This document shows positions 59,097 through 64,000 of a stretch of 64,000 nucleotides of DNA, piece after piece. The DNA comes from Phormidium sp. (lineage in GTDB: Bacteria > Cyanobacteriota > Cyanobacteriia > Cyanobacteriales > Aerosakkonemataceae). Under the pieces are notes generated by a model. That model was not told the origin of the DNA, searched no databases, and saw only the letters and a list, made by a program, of their open reading frames with translations. The stretch covers positions 64,001 through 128,000 of the forward strand of contig CP143273.1 in NCBI GenBank assembly GCA_051013385.1. Reading direction: 5' to 3'. Within the stretch, counting starts at the first letter, position 1. Every line of letters starts with the position of its first letter. The translations under genes and the position numbers were made by a program.

Positions 59097-60149
59097 ATGA
59101 AAGTGCGATCGCTCATTTCCTACTGCATCCTTTTCTTTGTTACCTTCAGCCTAGCCGTAGGTTGCGTTAATCCAGCAGTTTACATCAAAACAACTAACGA
59201 AGTTGACTCTACCGCCTCCTCAACTGGTGTTGATGCCGTCCGTTTAGGATTTAGTGCTTGGCCCGGTTGGTTTCCTTGGCAAATTGCCCAAGAACAAGGC
59301 ATTTTTAAGGCAAATAATGTTCCCGTAAACCTCAAATGGTTTGATGGATATTTAGAATCTATCAACACTTTAACAGCCGGACAAATAGATGCTAATAGTC
59401 AAACTTTAGGAGATACAGTTAACTCAGTTTCCGGTGGTGCAGATAAAGTAATTGTGTTGGTAAATGATAACTCTACTGGTAATGATAAAGTAATTGTCCG
59501 AGAAGGCATTAATTCGGTTGCTGATTTAAAAGGAAAAAAAGTTGCTGCCGAAGAAGGAACAGTCGATCATTTTCTGTTACTTTTAGGACTAAAAAAAGCA
59601 GGTTTATCGCCAAAAGATATTCAATTTGTTCCGTTAGAAACAGGTCAAGCAGCAGCAGCATTTGTCGGTGGACAAGTTGATGCAGTGGCAGTATTTGCAC
59701 CTTTTACAACTCAAGCATTAAAGCGTCAGGGTAGTAAAGAATTATTCAGTTCAAAAGACTTTCCGGGAGCAATTTCTGACCATTTAGTAGTTTCGCGCAA
59801 GTTTTTGCAAGAAAAACCCGAACAAATTCAATCATTAGTTAATTCCTGGTTTGCCACCTTGGAATATATGCAAAAAAATCCCGAACAATCTTATGAAATA
59901 ATGGCAAAAAGAGCAGGTGTTCCCGTATCTGAATATAAAGAATACGCTGATGGCACTCGCATCTTTACGATTGAGGAAAACTTAAAAGCTTTTCAACCAG
60001 GAAATGATTTAAACTCTTTACAATTCGCCGCCCAAGAAATGAGCAAATTTCTCATGGAAGTGGGATTAGCAAAAAGCCAACCTGATATTACTAAAATATT
60101 TGACGATCGCTTTGTCAAAGCCTACGCCGAAAAAGTGAAAAAATCATAA
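59097..60149 (+). CDS. ABC transporter substrate-binding protein (SsuA/NitT type), probable guanidine importer
   Basis: GFSAWPGWFPW, NDNSTGND, GTVDHFLL; operon context. Confidence 0.88.
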   Translation: MKVRSLISYCILFFVTFSLAVGCVNPAVYIKTTNEVDSTASSTGVDAVRLGFSAWPGWFPWQIAQEQGIFKANNVPVNLKWFDGYLESINTLTAGQIDANSQTLGDTVNSVSGGADKVIVLVNDNSTGNDKVIVREGINSVADLKGKKVAAEEGTVDHFLLLLGLKKAGLSPKDIQFVPLETGQAAAAFVGGQVDAVAVFAPFTTQALKRQGSKELFSSKDFPGAISDHLVVSRKFLQEKPEQIQSLVNSWFATLEYMQKNPEQSYEIMAKRAGVPVSEYKEYADGTRIFTIEENLKAFQPGNDLNSLQFAAQEMSKFLMEVGLAKSQPDITKIFDDRFVKAYAEKVKKS

Positions 60150-60166
60150 ACTATGGAACTTTAACC

Positions 60167-61012
60167 ATGAATGAAACTCCTAGCTCAATTAGAGACTACA
60201 TCCGACCAAAAAAAATCAAACCCACAGTTTTTTGGCGGCTGGCTGAAGATATTCCCAAACCTCTAAATACAGCATTAATTATTACTTCAATAGGTGCTCC
60301 TTTATTACTGTGGTGGTTAGTAACTACTTTCGGCAACATTGACCCAAAATTTTTACCTTCACCTGCCAAAGTAATGGAAGCATTTGGCAGATTATGGAGT
60401 ACTCGCGAACTGCTGAAAGATACGGTGGCAAGTCTGTGGCGCGTCGGTGTGGGGTTCTCTTTAGCAGCATTAGTTTCTATTCCAATTGGCATATTAATGG
60501 GAAGTTTCCCCAGTATTCGCGCCTTATTAGAACCGCTGTTTGGGTTAATGCGTTATATGCCTGCGCCTGCTTTTATTCCCCTGCTAATTTTATATTTGGG
60601 AATCGGAGAAGAACCGAAAATTACCCTCATCTTTATCGGAGTTTTCTTCTTCAACTCCTTGATGGTAATGGATACGGTAAAATTTGTATCAAAAGATTTG
60701 ATTGAAGCGACTTATATTTTAGGAGGCGATCGCAAACAAGCCCTCTTACAAGTAATTTTTCCCCATGTTTTACCGGGAATCATCGATGCTTGTCGCATCA
60801 ACTTAGCAGCAGCTTGGCAACTAGTAATTGTTTCCGAACTAATTGCCGCAACCGAAGGTTTAGGTCGTCGAATTAGCGTAGCAGGTAGATTTCTCAGAAC
60901 CGATGAAATATTCGTCGGACTAATAGTAATTGGAGTAATTGGATTATCTTTCGATCTATTTTTCCAATATCTCTTAAGAGTTTCCTGTAAATGGGCAAGT
61001 CAAAAACGCTGA
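60167..61012 (+). CDS. ABC transporter permease
   Basis: FLPSP, RYMPAPAFIPL, EATYILG, VSELIAATEGLG. Confidence 0.92.
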   Translation: MNETPSSIRDYIRPKKIKPTVFWRLAEDIPKPLNTALIITSIGAPLLLWWLVTTFGNIDPKFLPSPAKVMEAFGRLWSTRELLKDTVASLWRVGVGFSLAALVSIPIGILMGSFPSIRALLEPLFGLMRYMPAPAFIPLLILYLGIGEEPKITLIFIGVFFFNSLMVMDTVKFVSKDLIEATYILGGDRKQALLQVIFPHVLPGIIDACRINLAAAWQLVIVSELIAATEGLGRRISVAGRFLRTDEIFVGLIVIGVIGLSFDLFFQYLLRVSCKWASQKR

Positions 61013-61015
61013 GAT

Positions 61016-61115
61016 AGGCAGGGGGGCAGAGGGGCAGAGGGGCAGAGGGGCAGAGGGGCAGAGGGGCAGAGGTGCAGAGGTGCAGAGGTGCAGAGGGGCA
61101 GAGGGGCAGAGGGGA
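61016..61115 (+). repeat. (AGAGGGGC)n and (AGAGGTGC)n octamer array
   Basis: Directly after the permease stop codon. Confidence 0.9.
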
Positions 61116-61277
61116 GGAACTAAAAGTTTTTGTCCTAGCAAATCTGCAAGTTAAATAGAGAAATACTAAATCAAATATCAAAACTTATTCTTCTCTTTCC
61201 TTCGCGTCCTTCGCGTCTTCGCGGTTCAAAAAAAGGCAAATTAATGACAGACAATCAAAATTAGTGAGGTTAAACAG

Positions 61278-62054
61278 ATGTATTTGCAAATTAACAAACT
61301 GAACAAAGATTTTCAAACCAAGAACGGTACTTTAGTCGTCCTTAAAGACATTAACATGACGATTAAACAAGGGGAATTTATCTGCGCTGTTGGGGCATCT
61401 GGTTCAGGTAAATCTACTTTATTGCGGCAAATTGCTGGACTTGATAACCCTACTTCTGGAGAAGTAAGAATTGATGGCGAACTGATTACAGGGCCGGGGC
61501 CCGATCGCGGAATGGTATTCCAACACTATACACTTTATCCTTGGATGAATGTACAAGAAAACACTGAATTTGGATTGAAACTGCAAGGCGTACCAAAAAA
61601 GGTGAGAAGAGAGCAAGCAAGCTATTATTTAAGTGTAGTGGGATTGGCTAATTTTGCTAACTCATTACCTAAAGAATTATCGGGGGGAATGAAACAACGT
61701 GCTGCGATCGCCCGTGCCCTAGCTTCCGAACCAAAAGTCTTGTTAATGGACGAACCTTTCGGCGCATTAGATATTCACACCAAAGAGTCAATGCACGAAT
61801 TTATGTTAGACCTTTGGCAAAGAACAAAAATCACCATTTTTATGATTACTCACGATGTGGAAGAAGCTGTATTTCTCTCCAATCGAATTTACGCTTTAGG
61901 GGCACGTCCTGGTACAGTCAGAAAAGAAATTACTGTTAAATTACCCGATCGCACTCACAATGTTAAACGCCACAGCATCTTCCATGACTACCGAGATGAA
62001 CTAATGGAATTATTACGCAAACATGGACAAGAAGCTGTAGCAGTCGCCGCCTAA
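61278..62054 (+). CDS. ABC transporter ATP-binding protein
   Basis: GASGSGKST, LSGGMKQR, LLMDEPFGALD, ITHD. Confidence 0.95.
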   Translation: MYLQINKLNKDFQTKNGTLVVLKDINMTIKQGEFICAVGASGSGKSTLLRQIAGLDNPTSGEVRIDGELITGPGPDRGMVFQHYTLYPWMNVQENTEFGLKLQGVPKKVRREQASYYLSVVGLANFANSLPKELSGGMKQRAAIARALASEPKVLLMDEPFGALDIHTKESMHEFMLDLWQRTKITIFMITHDVEEAVFLSNRIYALGARPGTVRKEITVKLPDRTHNVKRHSIFHDYRDELMELLRKHGQEAVAVAA

Positions 62055-62495
62055 AAAGTAAGGTACAAAATAGAGGGGAAAGGTTCAAGGTTAAAAAGTT
62101 AAAGCATCTTTCACAGCTTTCCCTCGCTTTTTTTAACGGATTAATTTCCTAAAATTGCACCTTAGAGTGATGCAAATTCTTCAGTGTTACTCACAAAATA
62201 TAGATAGTGAACACAGAAGAAGAGGTTTATCGATGTTAATACCAATCGGTTTTAATCTTAATCATAGATAACGTCCAAATGCCATCTGCTAGGCAGGCTT
62301 AGTTTGTGCAACCCCAGGTTTCAACCCCTGGGAAAAAGAGGGTTTTCCAAACACTGCCTCCTGTACCTTAAGTTCTAATGCTTGAGATTGATGTTACTCT
62401 TTTAATTTCCAGTTATCTTAATGATTGTGAATCAATTGGGGTCAGCTTATATAAAGGCCCTAACTATAAAATCTACTTTTTTAGAGACATATCGA

Positions 62496-62528
62496 TAAAG
62501 CCAACTCAGATTTTTGGAGTTGGCTTTA
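62496..62528. terminator. Hairpin, possible bidirectional terminator
   Basis: TAAAGCCAACTC...GAGTTGGCTTTA. Confidence 0.5.
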
Positions 62529-62709
62529 ATCATTTTGCAGGTAAACAAATTTTCCGACCATGACTTCCCGGAACTCGCCGGAGTTGTAGCTAAAACCGCT
62601 ACTTTTGCAGACATTCAAATATTTCAATATGGCTTAACAGATGTGAACAGGTTAGAGGGGATAAATCATGATGGGAAAGATCTTTCTACCATTCCATATA
62701 CTGTTTCTG

Positions 62710-62910
62710 TTATTTTAGTAACCTAGTTACGCGCACGTCGTATTCAATTCCCTGTGGATGGTCGGTTCTAGCTTGTAACCTTGCTAAGTTATCGGCTGTT
62801 TGTTTAGATTGTGCATCAATCTCGTAGCGTGTTGTTTCCCTGCGACAGTTATCGGTTGTTGGTTCAAGGTATTCTTTGATATCAACCAAAACCTCATAAG
62901 TGTGATTCAT
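62710..62910 (-). CDS. Small hypothetical protein
   Basis: GAGGAGG RBS upstream; 66 aa ending EYDVRVTRLLK. Confidence 0.7.
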   Translation of the reverse strand: MNHTYEVLVDIKEYLEPTTDNCRRETTRYEIDAQSKQTADNLARLQARTDHPQGIEYDVRVTRLLK

Positions 62911-63369
62911 TTTGGGTGCCTCCTCGTTTGCTTGTAAACGATCGAGATTTATAGAAATTAGTATAGGAAGACTAGAGGGATCGAACTTTAAATGAATACA
63001 ATTCTTAGCAACTCTTTATGTTTTACTCAATAAAGTAATTTTTCTAAATTTTTCAGTTTAAGAAGAGTTGTTAAAAAATGTTAAAGCAACTGTCATCTAT
63101 AAAAAGATAGATTATTGATCGAACCCAAATTTTATTTTGTTTAGAGAATTAATAATTCTCTAAAAATCAACAAAAAATTTGTCAAAAGCAGTCAGTAGAT
63201 ACGCCTAACGTTTTATATATTTCAGGATTTTTTGATTGCGAGACTTGAGAAATAAATTAATTTGCGAATTACTCTCAAATAGTAGTGGCAAGAGGTTAGA
63301 GTTAGGATAGTAAAATTTGACTGTAACCGTTATTATTTAAAGTTAAAATACTTAGTCAAAAAGTGGAGT

Positions 63370-64000
63370 ATGTTCGCGATCGATAACCCAATTATCTGCT
63401 ATCAGTTAGCCGGATATGAACGACTGCAAACGCCCCTTTGGATTTATGATATCCAAAATCTTCAAATGAGGTGGGCGAATCGCGCCGCCTTACTCCTCTG
63501 GAATGCAGCAAGTTTAGAAGAATTGCTTAGTCGCGATTTTGGTCAAGTTTCGCAGGCAACGCATACCCGCTTGCAAAGTTACTTGGAGCTTTTTGAACAG
63601 GGTGAAACAGTAATTGAGCAGTGGACATTTTACCCGCAAGGAAATGCGGTTTCTGTTCGTTGCACTTGTTCGGGAATTTTGATTGAGAAGGGTTGTTTAG
63701 CAATGTTAGTAGAAGCAGAGAAAATTACTAACATTGAACAAGATACTCTGCGTTCTGTAGAAGCGCTACGTCATACAACAGTAGTAATTTCTTTATGCAA
63801 TGGTTCAGGGCAGTTGCTATTTCAAAATCCCGCTGCTATTACTTGTTATGGTAATCATATATCAAACCCAGAAAATCATAGTGTAAAGCAGCGGTTTTTA
63901 GATCAAAATCTGTGGTTGCAAGCTGAACAAGAATTGATTGCTAAAGGCATATTTAATGCTGATACTCAAGTTTTAACTAAACAGGGAGTGCGTTGGCATT
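63370..64000 (+). CDS. PAS-domain signalling protein, N-terminal part only (runs off the window)
   Basis: GGAG RBS; MFAIDNP..LQTPLWIYDIQNLQMRWANRAAL..EQWTFYPQG; frame open to the window end. Confidence 0.75.
   Translation, partial: MFAIDNPIICYQLAGYERLQTPLWIYDIQNLQMRWANRAALLLWNAASLEELLSRDFGQVSQATHTRLQSYLELFEQGETVIEQWTFYPQGNAVSVRCTCSGILIEKGCLAMLVEAEKITNIEQDTLRSVEALRHTTVVISLCNGSGQLLFQNPAAITCYGNHISNPENHSVKQRFLDQNLWLQAEQELIAKGIFNADTQVLTKQGVRWH

Noticed and set aside
1..64000. High density of GCGATCGC
   Set aside because: HIP1 is a normal genome-wide cyanobacterial feature.

Overview
A chromosomal window from a filamentous cyanobacterium, judged from abundant HIP1 (GCGATCGC) sites, STRR-type short tandem repeats and an ndhF1/ndhD1 locus. 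All calls come from reading the sequence and motifs; no searches were run. Housekeeping blocks (Z-ISO/trxC/ndhF1/ndhD1; pgeF/birA/M23/ribE; cobT/Crp; surE; pgsA; msrA) alternate with accessory regions. These are: (i) a photosensory operon with a DXCF cyanobacteriochrome hybrid kinase, a biliverdin-type CphB phytochrome and an RcpB-like regulator; (ii) a type I peptide-export locus with a C39 ABC transporter, HlyD and a double-glycine precursor whose 53-aa core has 21 Tyr, 11 Arg and no acidic residue, the most unusual element here; (iii) a RAYT transposase with its REPs, a PEP-CTERM protein and a split NB-ARC + TPR pair; (iv) a toxin-antitoxin and gene-fragment cluster; (v) an NtcA box and guanidine-I riboswitch ahead of a guanidine hydrolase operon (gdmH, hypA, hypB, ABC transporter). 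Mobile DNA includes two tnpB elements (one internally deleted), two MITE families carrying internal palindromes, and three 23-25 nt insertions into HIP1 sites, two of which alter proteins.
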